From positions 1,120,001 through 1,184,000 of the forward strand of contig CBDDDZ010000005.1 in NCBI GenBank assembly GCA_965226795.1: a DNA stretch of 64,000 nt, read 5' to 3'. The translations under genes and the position numbers were made by a program. This stretch comes from Candidatus Latescibacterota bacterium (lineage in GTDB: Bacteria > Latescibacterota > UBA2968 > GCA-2709665). The notes under the pieces were generated by a model. It had not been told where the DNA came from. It made no database searches and worked only from the letters and a program-made list of their open reading frames with translations. Shown piece after piece: positions 1 to 8,952 of this stretch (its first letter is position 1; each line of letters starts with the position of its first letter).

Positions 1-189
1 GGGGAGGCGTGGATTGAACATGCCGGATGGCGACTGTTTTTGTCACCTGGAAGCAAGGTCGTCTGGCCGGCGCTGCCTCATAACCCCTATCGGAAGGCGG
101 GTGACTCGACTATCGAGGAGGCACGACTGGTCGTGGTGTTGCCCTTCTCGGCCGACGTGGACCGCCATGTGTTGAATTTGGAGGTATAG
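1..189 (+). CDS. 3' end of a hypothetical protein (truncated by window edge)
   Basis: Frame 1 is open from base 1 to TAG at 187-189 (...WPALPHNPYRKAGDSTIEEARLVVVLPF...LEV*). Confidence 0.6.
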   Translation, partial: GEAWIEHAGWRLFLSPGSKVVWPALPHNPYRKAGDSTIEEARLVVVLPFSADVDRHVLNLEV

Positions 190-227
190 TAGAAAGTACG
201 GGACCACCGTTCGGGCGGCATTCGGGT

Positions 228-1103
228 ATGGTATACAACGTTCAAGATGGATGGTTTAAAGTATGCGTGGACCTGCAGCAACATGCTTCCGATATGGTGT
301 CCGAGCTGTTGTTTGGCCTGGGAAGCTGTGGGTTGGAGGAGCAAGGTGGCTCGGCATGTGGAAAGACAAGGTTGACGGCATACTTTCCCGATGGAAAAGA
401 CAGCGGTAGGGTATTGTCCGGCCTTGTGGATGGACTGAACGCGCTGATTGGAGACCTGACGACCGTAAGTGTCGAAGTGAAGGATGTCCCGCCGGAGGAT
501 TGGGCGGCAACGTGGAAGGCCCGTTTCAAGCCCGTTTCTCCGATTCCGACCCTTGTGGTTTGTCCGCCCTGGGAACGTGTCGACGATCCGGAAGGCGGAT
601 TCAGTCTGGTTATCGAGCCGAAGACGGCTTTCGGAACCGGTCAACACGAAACGACCCAGTTGGCCCTGAAGATGTTGCACGCCGTCGTGAAACCGGGCGA
701 CGCGGTCCTCGACGTTGGCACCGGCTCCGGAATCCTGAGCCTAGCCGCGGCCAGACTCGGTGCGTCGCGGGTGACAGGCATCGATATCGACGCGCTGGCC
801 ATAGAGAATGCCCTCGCGAATATGTGCCTGAATGAGATCCCCGGCAACGTGGTGTTTCGCACGGGAACGCTGGAAGACGTATCCGGTGTATTCGACGTCG
901 TCGTCGCCAATATCGAAAGCCGGACACTGAACCCGATGCTGCCAGCGCTGGTTTCTCACATGGCGCCGCGGGGGAACTTGATTCTCGGAGGGGTGCTGGT
1001 TCAGGAGCAGGCGGAATTTCTGAAGCCGGTACGTGGGGCCGGATTGCAGGTGGTGGAGGTCTTGGAGGAAAACGGCTGGTTGGGTATTCGAGCAGCCCGA
1101 TAA
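228..1103 (+). CDS. prmA: Ribosomal protein L11 methyltransferase
   Basis: EDWAATWKARFKP, IEPKTAFGTGQHETT, SAM motif VLDVGTGSGILS, VVANI. Confidence 0.95.
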   Translation: MVYNVQDGWFKVCVDLQQHASDMVSELLFGLGSCGLEEQGGSACGKTRLTAYFPDGKDSGRVLSGLVDGLNALIGDLTTVSVEVKDVPPEDWAATWKARFKPVSPIPTLVVCPPWERVDDPEGGFSLVIEPKTAFGTGQHETTQLALKMLHAVVKPGDAVLDVGTGSGILSLAAARLGASRVTGIDIDALAIENALANMCLNEIPGNVVFRTGTLEDVSGVFDVVVANIESRTLNPMLPALVSHMAPRGNLILGGVLVQEQAEFLKPVRGAGLQVVEVLEENGWLGIRAAR

Positions 1104-1213
1104 AACACGGTTGAAGTCCGGGTTTCGAATATCGCGGTGGGACGGACGACGTACGGAACACATCCGGTCCGGAAACGTCCGGCAAGCTCGATCGTTCGGT
1201 CCGGGCGGAGGGT

Positions 1214-2332
1214 TTACCGGTCGGCCAGTTTGAGCATTTTTTCGGTGGATTTGAGTCCGTGTCCCGTCAGAGGCGCCACGATGCACTCGTCTCCGGTCAC
1301 AGGGATTTTCTTGAAGGCCGCTATGGCGGTTGCAGAAGTGGGTTCGGCGTATAAGCCCTGTTTGCAGATATCCAGCAGGGCTTTCTCGATTTCAGCATCG
1401 GTCACGGCGATGACCTGGCCACCAGTCTCGTGAATAATGTCCAGGATCTGGGAAGCGCGTGTGGGTTCCGCGATGGCAATTCCCTCGGCAACGGTATCCA
1501 CCGAGGAGGCAGGGGGAATCTCCGACAGCTGATCCCGCCACATTCGGAAGAGGGGTGCGCAACCTGCGGCCTGCACGGCGATAAATCTGGGCACCCTGGC
1601 GATCAGCCCGTTCTTCAGAAGGTCCTGGAATCCGAGAAAGGCGCCGATGAGCAGGGTGCCGTGCCCCGTGGGGACGATTAACGTATCCGGTGCGTTGAAA
1701 TCGAGTTGCTCCCAGATTTCGAATGCGTAGGTTTTGGTGCCCTGAAAGAAAAACGGGTTCCAGACGTGGCTTGCGTAGAAGTGGCGTTCGGCCGCTTCCA
1801 TTGCCGCACGCGCCGTGGCTTCCCTGGAGCCTGGAACGCGGTTCAGTTTCGCGCCGTAGAGTCGTATCTGCGCGAGTTTTCCGGGAGAAGTGGACTCGGG
1901 CACGAATATTTCGCATTCGATGCCCGCTTTTGCCGCATATGCGGCGACGGCGGCGCCGGCGTTGCCTGACGAGTCCTCCACGACTTTTCCAACCCCGAGT
2001 TCCAGCGCGCGGCTGATCAGTACCGAGGCGCCACGGTCTTTGAAGGAACCCGTGGGAAAGAGGTTTTCCTGCTTGACGGTAAGGGGTTTGCCATAGAAAT
2101 GCGTACGAATTAGGGGCGTGGATCCTTCGTGGAAAGAGACGACATTTGATTCCGACGCTATCGGCAGGGCCTCTCGGTACCTCCACATTCCCGGAGGCCG
2201 ACTCATGATTTTAACCGGGTCGATGGCGCTCTCGAAGCCGACATCCAGGGGCGCGCCACACCCACATTTCCAGCGGCGGGTATCCTCGGAATGGACGATG
2301 CCGCAGGCCCGGCAAACGATCTGTAGCGTCAT
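1214..2332 (-). CDS. thrC: Threonine synthase-like PLP enzyme (fold type II) with N-terminal Cys-rich ribbon
   Basis: EGSTPL, FPTGSFKDRG (PLP lysine), DSSGNAG, EPTSA, LTGHGLK; N-terminal CRAC...CGCG. Confidence 0.8.
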   Translation of the reverse strand: MTLQIVCRACGIVHSEDTRRWKCGCGAPLDVGFESAIDPVKIMSRPPGMWRYREALPIASESNVVSFHEGSTPLIRTHFYGKPLTVKQENLFPTGSFKDRGASVLISRALELGVGKVVEDSSGNAGAAVAAYAAKAGIECEIFVPESTSPGKLAQIRLYGAKLNRVPGSREATARAAMEAAERHFYASHVWNPFFFQGTKTYAFEIWEQLDFNAPDTLIVPTGHGTLLIGAFLGFQDLLKNGLIARVPRFIAVQAAGCAPLFRMWRDQLSEIPPASSVDTVAEGIAIAEPTRASQILDIIHETGGQVIAVTDAEIEKALLDICKQGLYAEPTSATAIAAFKKIPVTGDECIVAPLTGHGLKSTEKMLKLADR

Positions 2333-3117
2333 GTCAGGGTTCTTCCTTTGAGCATGGCGGAGGTGACAGCGATTGCTGTTCGGCGAGGGATGAGTCGTCC
2401 TGTGAAATTGAGCACTTTGTTGGCAGCGCCATGGATCACGGAGGGTTTTCTACCGAGTTTTCTCAGGGCCAGCGACACGACGGCATCCGGAGTGGCCTCT
2501 CTGAAGCCGCTGGCGTCCCTGATGTGGGCCACGCGGGTGAATTCGGTTTTTGTGAATCCAGGAGATAGCGCCAGACAGTCTATGCCCTTTGCCCTGTACT
2601 CCTTCCAGAGGGATTCGCCCATCAACAGATTGAAGGCTTTGGTGGCGCCATAGACGCCGAGGTACGGGGTCGCCTGGTACGCAGCGGTGGATGCAAGAAA
2701 GATGAGGCCGCCTCGACCTCTTTTTATCATTGGGGGCAGATAGTAGTTGGTAAGCATTACCGGCACGACGCAGTTCAACACGGTCATGTTGACCACTCGA
2801 TCCGGGTCCAGATCGGCGTATGCGCCGGAAAGGCCGAATCCGGCGTTGTTGACCAATAGGCCGACTTCCAGGTCGCTGGTTTGATCTTTGACCAGGCAAC
2901 AGGTATCGTGGACCGTGAGGTCGCCGGGAATGACGCGGGTCTGAATGTCATAAGCCCGTTGGACACCGTCGGCGAGCGCCTCCATGCGTTCTGCCCGGCG
3001 GGCTACGAGCACCACGTTCAGGCCCCTTGCCGCCAGCTGCTTCACGAATTCGGTTCCCAGTCCGGATGAAGCGCCTGTGACCAGGGCCCATGGGCCATAC
3101 TTCTCGTGCCATTGCAT
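2329..3117 (-). CDS. Short-chain dehydrogenase/reductase
   Basis: TGASSGLG, NNAG, YGATK catalytic YxxxK; 4-bp overlap with the next gene. Confidence 0.93.
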   Translation of the reverse strand: MQWHEKYGPWALVTGASSGLGTEFVKQLAARGLNVVLVARRAERMEALADGVQRAYDIQTRVIPGDLTVHDTCCLVKDQTSDLEVGLLVNNAGFGLSGAYADLDPDRVVNMTVLNCVVPVMLTNYYLPPMIKRGRGGLIFLASTAAYQATPYLGVYGATKAFNLLMGESLWKEYRAKGIDCLALSPGFTKTEFTRVAHIRDASGFREATPDAVVSLALRKLGRKPSVIHGAANKVLNFTGRLIPRRTAIAVTSAMLKGRTLT

Positions 3118-3200
3118 AGCAACGGTTCCTTATCGGTCCGTGGGTCCAACGCCGTGTAAGGTTTGGAGACTCGGTACGAATATTGTCCTGTAGGGGATGT

Positions 3201-4052
3201 CTATTCTTCCAGCGCGGTTTCAGCGAGTGCGTCCGTATCGGCCACCATCTGTTTCCAGGCGTTATCGGTATAGTCGGGGCCGAAGTCAAAGGGCGAGGTC
3301 TCGATGCACATTGAACGCTTGTAGCCGATGCGACCGGCATGCCGGAAAAATCTGCGCCAGTCGACCCGTCCGTGACCGGGCGCGAGGTGGGAATCGCGGT
3401 CGCCCGCGTTGTCCGCCAGATGAAATGCGACCATGCGGGGGCCCATGACTTCAAAGAATCGGTGGGCATCCCCTCGGCCGGCCACCAGTGCGTGGCCGGT
3501 ATCCAGGCAGAAGCCCAGTTTGGGGTGGGCGAAGTCCCGGATGATCCGTTCGAAATGCTCGGGTCTGGAGGTGAACCGTCCGCCGCCGGACGGCAACATA
3601 TTTTCCAGAGCGATCGTGAAGTTGAGGGCTTCTGCTTCCCGCAAGAGTACGTCCAGGCTCTTGCCGATCTGTCGAAAATAGCTTTCGAGGCCCTCCACGT
3701 CGGCGTCAGAACGGTTCGTGGTGGGATGCTGGATGCCAACGGTGGCCCCGATCAGCGAGGCTTTTTCCATCCAGAGGCGCATTTTGTCCACGGCCCGCAG
3801 ACGTGTGGTTTCGTAAAAAGAAGCGATGTCGTCGTCGGGAGAAAAGGGCAGGTGAAACGTCTCGATGCAAAGTTCCGCCGCTCGATAACTTCCGCCCAGT
3901 GCCTGTAGTTCGGCTTCGGTTTTTCCTTCAAACAATGGCGGTGCGCCTTCGATGCCTGCCAGACCGGCGAAGCGACAGGTTTCCATGATTTCACCATGTG
4001 CCTTTTCAGCCAGTCCGTAACCTGTCGTGGTCCACGTCCAGCCTTTCTTCAT
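3201..4052 (-). CDS. Sugar phosphate isomerase/epimerase (xylose-isomerase-like TIM barrel)
   Basis: ALENM, CLDTGH, FHLADN, HLAPGHG, IET metal-binding pattern; ATG at 4052 follows an AAGGAAGGA RBS. Confidence 0.88.
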   Translation of the reverse strand: MKKGWTWTTTGYGLAEKAHGEIMETCRFAGLAGIEGAPPLFEGKTEAELQALGGSYRAAELCIETFHLPFSPDDDIASFYETTRLRAVDKMRLWMEKASLIGATVGIQHPTTNRSDADVEGLESYFRQIGKSLDVLLREAEALNFTIALENMLPSGGGRFTSRPEHFERIIRDFAHPKLGFCLDTGHALVAGRGDAHRFFEVMGPRMVAFHLADNAGDRDSHLAPGHGRVDWRRFFRHAGRIGYKRSMCIETSPFDFGPDYTDNAWKQMVADTDALAETALEE

Positions 4053-4165
4053 GACGGTTTCCTTCCTTTTTGGGTGAACCCTGTGCAATCATCGATTGTA
4101 TGAAATTTCCCTATATGCTCTTTTTGCCGATCAGATCGAGTGCTAAGAGCGAGATCAATCTGAAT

Positions 4166-4942
4166 CTATTTCTTTGCCGGTTGCGCCCGATTGCGCTCCC
4201 AGCGATCGTACCAGTCCAGCAGTTCGGGAGTTGGCGCGAAATTGTGAATTGTTATCCGTCGGCGTCCGGGCAGATAGTTGCCGGTGTGCCAACCATTGGG
4301 ATGGTAGAGCGCAAAATCGCCCGCGTCCATATATAGCCGCTCAGACCGCGGCATCGCCTGCGTATACTCCAGACATGCGCGTTCCCTTTCTTCGTACGAT
4401 TCGTCTTCCGGAGGCAGGGGAGCCCCGGCCGCGTCAATTTCATCCGGCAGGTCGTCTCTCAGATAGCTGCCATGTACATACCACGTACAGTTGTCCTCAT
4501 ATAGCGGGCAGTTGATTTGGTTGAACCAGAGTGGGTCATGGTTCACGCGGCGAAACTCTTCCGGGTCGGGTACGTTAGATGTTGCGCGCAAGTCCCGGTG
4601 CCACGCGGTGCACCAGGGTTTTTCCTCCGGCTCCAGCAAGAGTCCCAATCGTTTGAGTTCGCCATTGGCAATTTTGTGCTCGGGGGTGAGCACTTTGCCG
4701 ATGGCATCTGCCAGAGGAGGAAGTTCCGCGTAGTCCCGAAAGGGCTTGATATCGATGTTGTAGTTGACTATGGGTTGGAGGCGCTGAGCCTGCGGGCCAC
4801 GTTTTTGACGTGCATAGTGATGGGCCTTTGCCGTGGCGCGTCGGAGGTCGCGGATGAGCGACGGGGGCAGGATCTGCCGGAAGATAACGCAACCCCGTGC
4901 GCGGTAGTCGTGGATCATGGAATCACAGAACCTGAAACTCAT
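4166..4942 (-). CDS. Phytanoyl-CoA dioxygenase (PhyH) family Fe(II)/2OG oxygenase
   Basis: WHRD motif, YVHGS, AGDFALYHPNGWHTG distal His, RITIH. Confidence 0.85.
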   Translation of the reverse strand: MSFRFCDSMIHDYRARGCVIFRQILPPSLIRDLRRATAKAHHYARQKRGPQAQRLQPIVNYNIDIKPFRDYAELPPLADAIGKVLTPEHKIANGELKRLGLLLEPEEKPWCTAWHRDLRATSNVPDPEEFRRVNHDPLWFNQINCPLYEDNCTWYVHGSYLRDDLPDEIDAAGAPLPPEDESYEERERACLEYTQAMPRSERLYMDAGDFALYHPNGWHTGNYLPGRRRITIHNFAPTPELLDWYDRWERNRAQPAKK

Positions 4943-5115
4943 TGCTGCCTCCTGCGGATTCGGTTATCTATTCTGGCAGATTGGGTTGGCAAAGGAACTC
5001 GGGGATCGTATTTCCCACACGATCCCAAACTGGGAAATCGCCTGAACCCCACACGTCGCTCTGGTGCCAAGAGTGATGGTTGCGGCCCTGTTGTCCTGAT
5101 GATCTCTGTTCGCCC

Positions 5116-5679
5116 TTACACCTTTCTTACGATATCTCCCACCCGAACGGTGCCCGTTTGAACCACTTGCGCGTTGAGACCGCGCAGTCGGAGCCGCTTT
5201 CCCAGGCGCGAGTTGACGAATTTCATCGCATCCGCGCCAAAACGCGATACGAATTTTGCGCAACCGGTATGGGGTATCTCGGACAACTGGATCACCGCGG
5301 TGCCGAGCGAGAGTCGGGTGCCGGGTGGCAGATTGTCTTCGCTCAGGTCCAGGTCCACGTACAACTGGTCTCCGGCGAGTTGCCAGCGGTTGTTGTCCTG
5401 CGCGACAAGGGCGGCGCACCGGGCGTTCATGACGTTGAGCTGCATTTCGGGATTTGCCGATCCGTTGGGCGTTCGGGAACTGCCGCGGGACTTCCAGTTG
5501 TCGCCGACAAGGCCCTCCTCCGGGTGTAATTCACCTTCGGCGAGGACTTCGCGTCGGCCGATTGCCGGCCGTCGCACAATCATCCTCAGAATGCCCTCGT
5601 CATCCGGTGATTCCCGGACTTCATCCAGTCCCTCTTCGAGTTCCTTCGTTGTCAGATGTTTTACACCATCCATTTCCAC
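5116..5679 (-). CDS. MOSC domain protein
   Basis: EGLVGDNW, AGDQLYVDLDLS, PHTGCAKF, RLRGLNAQVVQTGTVRVGD. Confidence 0.9.
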   Translation of the reverse strand: MEMDGVKHLTTKELEEGLDEVRESPDDEGILRMIVRRPAIGRREVLAEGELHPEEGLVGDNWKSRGSSRTPNGSANPEMQLNVMNARCAALVAQDNNRWQLAGDQLYVDLDLSEDNLPPGTRLSLGTAVIQLSEIPHTGCAKFVSRFGADAMKFVNSRLGKRLRLRGLNAQVVQTGTVRVGDIVRKV

Positions 5680-5784
5680 CCTCCGTCTTCGTGGTTTTCA
5701 ACATGGCGGGTCTGAATAACGCCCCGTCGCGGGGAAGGAGCCACGCCCCGATGCCGCAGGACGGTGCATGTCCCGGATGTCGTA

Positions 5785-6471
5785 TCAGGTTCGGGTCGAA
5801 GGCCAGTCAAAACCGTAGCCCACTCCTCTAACGGTGGAAATCGCTCCGTTAAAGCCGGCCAGTTTCGCTCGAAGTCTCGCGACGTGCACGTCCACGGTGC
5901 GCATTCCTCCGTGATAATCGTACCCCCAGATGCGGTCGAGCAGGTCCGATCGGGTAAAGACGCGGTCCCGGTGGACAACCAGGTATTTCAACAGTTCGTA
6001 CTCTTTCAGCGTGAGGTCGACCGGAGCGCCGCTTAAGCGTACTTCATAGCGCACGAGGTTGATGACCAGTTCGTCCAAGTGGATAACGTCCCGTCGTTCT
6101 GCGCGTCCGAGGATCAGGCGCAGGCGAGTATCCAGCTGCCCGAGGGAGTAAGGCTGGGTGATGAAGTCGGTTATTCCCGTAGAGAAGTCCAGGTTCGAGA
6201 CGCAGGCTTCGTCGGTGATCAGCAACACCGGGGTGTTCCGGGAAATTGGAGGCCGCAGCAGTTGTTGAACTGTTTCAGGCAGTTGGCCAGAGGAAATATC
6301 GTCGTCGACCATGACGAGGTCCGCCGGATTGGTCGGCAGGCTGACGGCATCGTGCCTGTCGACATGGTTCTGGTTCCACGCCAGGTGAGAAACGGTATGA
6401 CCGATGGATTCCAGGTCTGACTTGAGTGGTATGCCGTGTGTTTCGTTGGCAAGCAGCAGGATGTGGGACAT
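5785..6471 (-). CDS. OmpR/PhoB-type response regulator with atypical receiver domain (GlnR-like)
   Basis: C-terminal winged helix LTLKEYELLKYL...RVFTRSDLLDRIWGYDYHGGMRTVDVHVARLRAKL; receiver domain is degenerate. Confidence 0.88.
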   Translation of the reverse strand: MSHILLLANETHGIPLKSDLESIGHTVSHLAWNQNHVDRHDAVSLPTNPADLVMVDDDISSGQLPETVQQLLRPPISRNTPVLLITDEACVSNLDFSTGITDFITQPYSLGQLDTRLRLILGRAERRDVIHLDELVINLVRYEVRLSGAPVDLTLKEYELLKYLVVHRDRVFTRSDLLDRIWGYDYHGGMRTVDVHVARLRAKLAGFNGAISTVRGVGYGFDWPSTRT

Positions 6472-6583
6472 AGAGTGGGTGTGGCGTCTTGCCGCGGGTG
6501 CAAAATGTGAAACGCTCCGGAATGCCAGGGGTTCGGTCTACCCCGTCCCGTTCGATGTGAGACTTGCAACCCGAAGGCGGAAT

Positions 6584-6611
6584 ATTATAGCGTTCGGCGC
6601 ATCTTTGTCAA
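6584..6611 (-). promoter_or_regulatory. Sigma70-type promoter for the response regulator
   Basis: Minus strand TTGACA-16 nt-TATAAT; both hexamers are perfect consensus. Confidence 0.75.
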
Positions 6612-6716
6612 GGGTTATCTGAATGTGGCAGAGCCCCGAAAAACACCGGGTTATCGGGACGGAGGGTGGGGTGGGCGGGCGTGTCTTGCGGCTTATCGAA
6701 TGTCACGTATGAACGG

Positions 6717-6750
6717 AAAAAGGCCGAAACGCCTCTCGGTCTCGGCCCGT
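6717..6750 (-). terminator. Intrinsic terminator-like hairpin just downstream of a promoter
   Basis: Minus strand GGGCCGAGAC-loop-GTTTCGGCCT followed by a T run. Confidence 0.55.
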
Positions 6751-6770
6751 TGTCCATTCTTGCCGGTAAT

Positions 6771-6861
6771 AATATAACAACACCCAGACGCGAAGTCAAT
6801 AAATTTAAATCCTTTAAAAACACAATATTATATTGACTTTTTTGTATCCGTTCCGTATTTT
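6771..6861. promoter_or_regulatory. Back-to-back divergent sigma70-like promoters around an AT-rich core
   Basis: Minus: TTGACT(6799-6794)-17-TATATT(6776-6771). Plus: TTGACT(6833-6838)-17-TATTTT(6856-6861). Confidence 0.55.
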
Positions 6862-6925
6862 TGTCTTTAGACGATACGTTCCGTATCCCTACCCTTCTTT
6901 TCCAGCGGATGCTTGAGGGATCTCT

Positions 6926-7948
6926 ATGGTTCGGAAACCGGTCATTCACGGGCGGAAGCAATGCGAGGTCTGCGGGGTGGAGATTCCGAAGGACCGTAAG
7001 GCTGAAATGCCCCGCGTGTCGATCTGTGTACAGTGTCAGAAAGAGAGTGAACTGCGGAAGGGCCCGGACCATAAACGGGACGAAACCGGAAGTGACTCGT
7101 CCGGCATGTCGACACTCCCCGAAGGGGGTTCGGTGGAGGTGAAGGGAAATCTGGTGCTGTTAGGAAATTGGTCCGGGAACCTGATCGACCTGGCCGCACG
7201 CGAAGGGGAGTTAAGGCAGCTATTGGCGATAGGCGACGTCGACCGGGCTCGAGCGCTGGTGCAGGCGCTGCCGGTTGAGGAACAGGCGGCGTTGGTGGCG
7301 ATGAGTGAAGAACCCGAAGAGATGCTTTCGATGACCGGTGGAGACGGTTCCGGTGGACCCGGATACAGCCGACAGGTGGTGGAACTGCTGCCCACAGAGA
7401 TTCTGGGAAGTCTGATTTCAGTGGACCCGGACGAATGGAAGTTCAATACGGAATTGATCCGGGCGATGTCCCCGCCGGCTTTCCGGCGTGCCATGGCCGA
7501 AACCCTGGATCGAGTGGACAATTCCAGTTTGCGCACACGCGTATCCTGGGAGTGGCTGCAGGCCCTCGCCACACTTGATGACTTCAACCACCGGACAGAG
7601 TTGCTTCGGGCCTTGGATCAAGCCTTGCTGGAGGATGCGCTGCTGGATCGCCTGGCACATCTGGATTTGAACGAGGTCGTCGGGGTCGGCGGTTTTCAGG
7701 TGTATCGTTTCCGGCTCTTCTCGACGGAGGGTCTGGGCGGTACCCGTCCCAGCGCGTTCATCGACGATCCGGAAACAGGCCTGGTTCTCGACGCGCTTTA
7801 CGAAGCGTCTCCCGCCATGCTTTCCAATATCATTCGCGTGGCCTGGGAACGAGGGGAAAGCGACGACGAAGAGGAAATTGTGCGGGAACCGCGCAAACAG
7901 GAGTCGGCAGAAGACGGAGAGCAAGGAAAAGGGAGAACGAACCGATGA
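6926..7948 (+). CDS. Protein with N-terminal TraR/DksA-type C4 zinc finger and acidic helical domain
   Basis: CEVCGVEIPKDRKAEMPRVSICVQCQ (CxxC-x17-CxxC); the remainder is Leu/Glu-rich and helical-looking. Confidence 0.75.
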   Translation: MVRKPVIHGRKQCEVCGVEIPKDRKAEMPRVSICVQCQKESELRKGPDHKRDETGSDSSGMSTLPEGGSVEVKGNLVLLGNWSGNLIDLAAREGELRQLLAIGDVDRARALVQALPVEEQAALVAMSEEPEEMLSMTGGDGSGGPGYSRQVVELLPTEILGSLISVDPDEWKFNTELIRAMSPPAFRRAMAETLDRVDNSSLRTRVSWEWLQALATLDDFNHRTELLRALDQALLEDALLDRLAHLDLNEVVGVGGFQVYRFRLFSTEGLGGTRPSAFIDDPETGLVLDALYEASPAMLSNIIRVAWERGESDDEEEIVREPRKQESAEDGEQGKGRTNR

Positions 7949-8847
7949 ATGTCTTGGCAGGAGTTGACTTTGAAAAACTCAGGGTCGGGACGGAGGGGTT
8001 CCTGGGCCAGGCAATCGCCCTGGGGGTCAAGTACGGAAGACTGTCAGAACACACCCCGGACGCCCTGTTGGCCTATCTGCGTGATGGGGGTACGAGGTTT
8101 GGACTGCGGTATCGCACAGGAATCGCAGTATCACGCGATGTACTTGAACGGGGTGTGCGCCAGGCGCTGGTCTGCCTGGAACTGGGTCTGATCGTCGCCG
8201 CGAAGGAAGATTTGAACCGGGCGGTGGAACTGCTTGCCGAGGCGGATTTCGAGAAGATACGCAAGCGGGGTTGGGAGGAAGCGTACGCCCGGATGGACGA
8301 GATGGGCCGGGTCTGCCGTTCGATCCCGGGGAGGCCGGAGGCGCATTTCTTGCGGGATTATGGCTGGCACATTGATCGCTGGTCACGTGTTATCCCCGAG
8401 ACCTGGACGGTTTCAGGAGGGGAGGATAATGACGATAATCCTTTGGATCCGCTGCATGATTACCTGAAGTTCAGGGAACTGCACGCCCGGCTGAGCTTTA
8501 TCCGGCTTCTGCCGCTGCGGGCCTTGCGACCATTTGCCGAGGCCGTGAACGACTACGGATTCGGGAATTTTCTTCGACATCTGGTTCTGGTGCTGGCACT
8601 GGACCTCGAGACCCTGGTTCCCAACACACGTGATATAGCAGCCTTTGAATCCGATTGTCTCGGCCCTGAAGGGATGGCGGCCTGGGCGCGCGACAAGGTG
8701 ACGACAAAAGCGAAGGAAATGGCACGCAGGGCGGTTGATGATTCCGGTTTACGGATGCTGTTGATCCAGGAGGTGGAAGCGGAGATCGCTTCTTTCGAAG
8801 GGCTCTCGGATGATTCGCTTTCGGATATATTCGTGACTGATTCCTGA
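7945..8847 (+). CDS. Hypothetical helical protein (possibly DUF6178-related)
   Basis: 300-aa ORF with ATGA overlap and GGAG RBS; segment CLELGL...DLNRAVELL...FEKIRKRGW recalls DUF6178 proteins (from memory). Confidence 0.7.
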   Translation: MNVLAGVDFEKLRVGTEGFLGQAIALGVKYGRLSEHTPDALLAYLRDGGTRFGLRYRTGIAVSRDVLERGVRQALVCLELGLIVAAKEDLNRAVELLAEADFEKIRKRGWEEAYARMDEMGRVCRSIPGRPEAHFLRDYGWHIDRWSRVIPETWTVSGGEDNDDNPLDPLHDYLKFRELHARLSFIRLLPLRALRPFAEAVNDYGFGNFLRHLVLVLALDLETLVPNTRDIAAFESDCLGPEGMAAWARDKVTTKAKEMARRAVDDSGLRMLLIQEVEAEIASFEGLSDDSLSDIFVTDS

Positions 8848-8871
8848 GCCGGTTAGGTCGCCGATTTGTCG

Positions 8872-8908
8872 CGGGCACATCCCGGATCCGGGATGTGCCC
8901 GTATTTTT
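8872..8908 (+). terminator. Perfect palindrome / intrinsic terminator
   Basis: CGGGCACATCCCGGATCCGGGATGTGCCCG is a perfect 30-bp palindrome followed by TATTTTT, between convergent genes. Confidence 0.8.
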
Positions 8909-8952
8909 GATACGTCGAGCACGCGCCGTCGATACGGGTACTCAAAAACGCA

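Noticed and set aside
4138..4146. GAGTGCTAA, the right arm of a CIRCE element
   Set aside because: No TTAGCACTC left arm at 9-bp spacing and no chaperone gene downstream.
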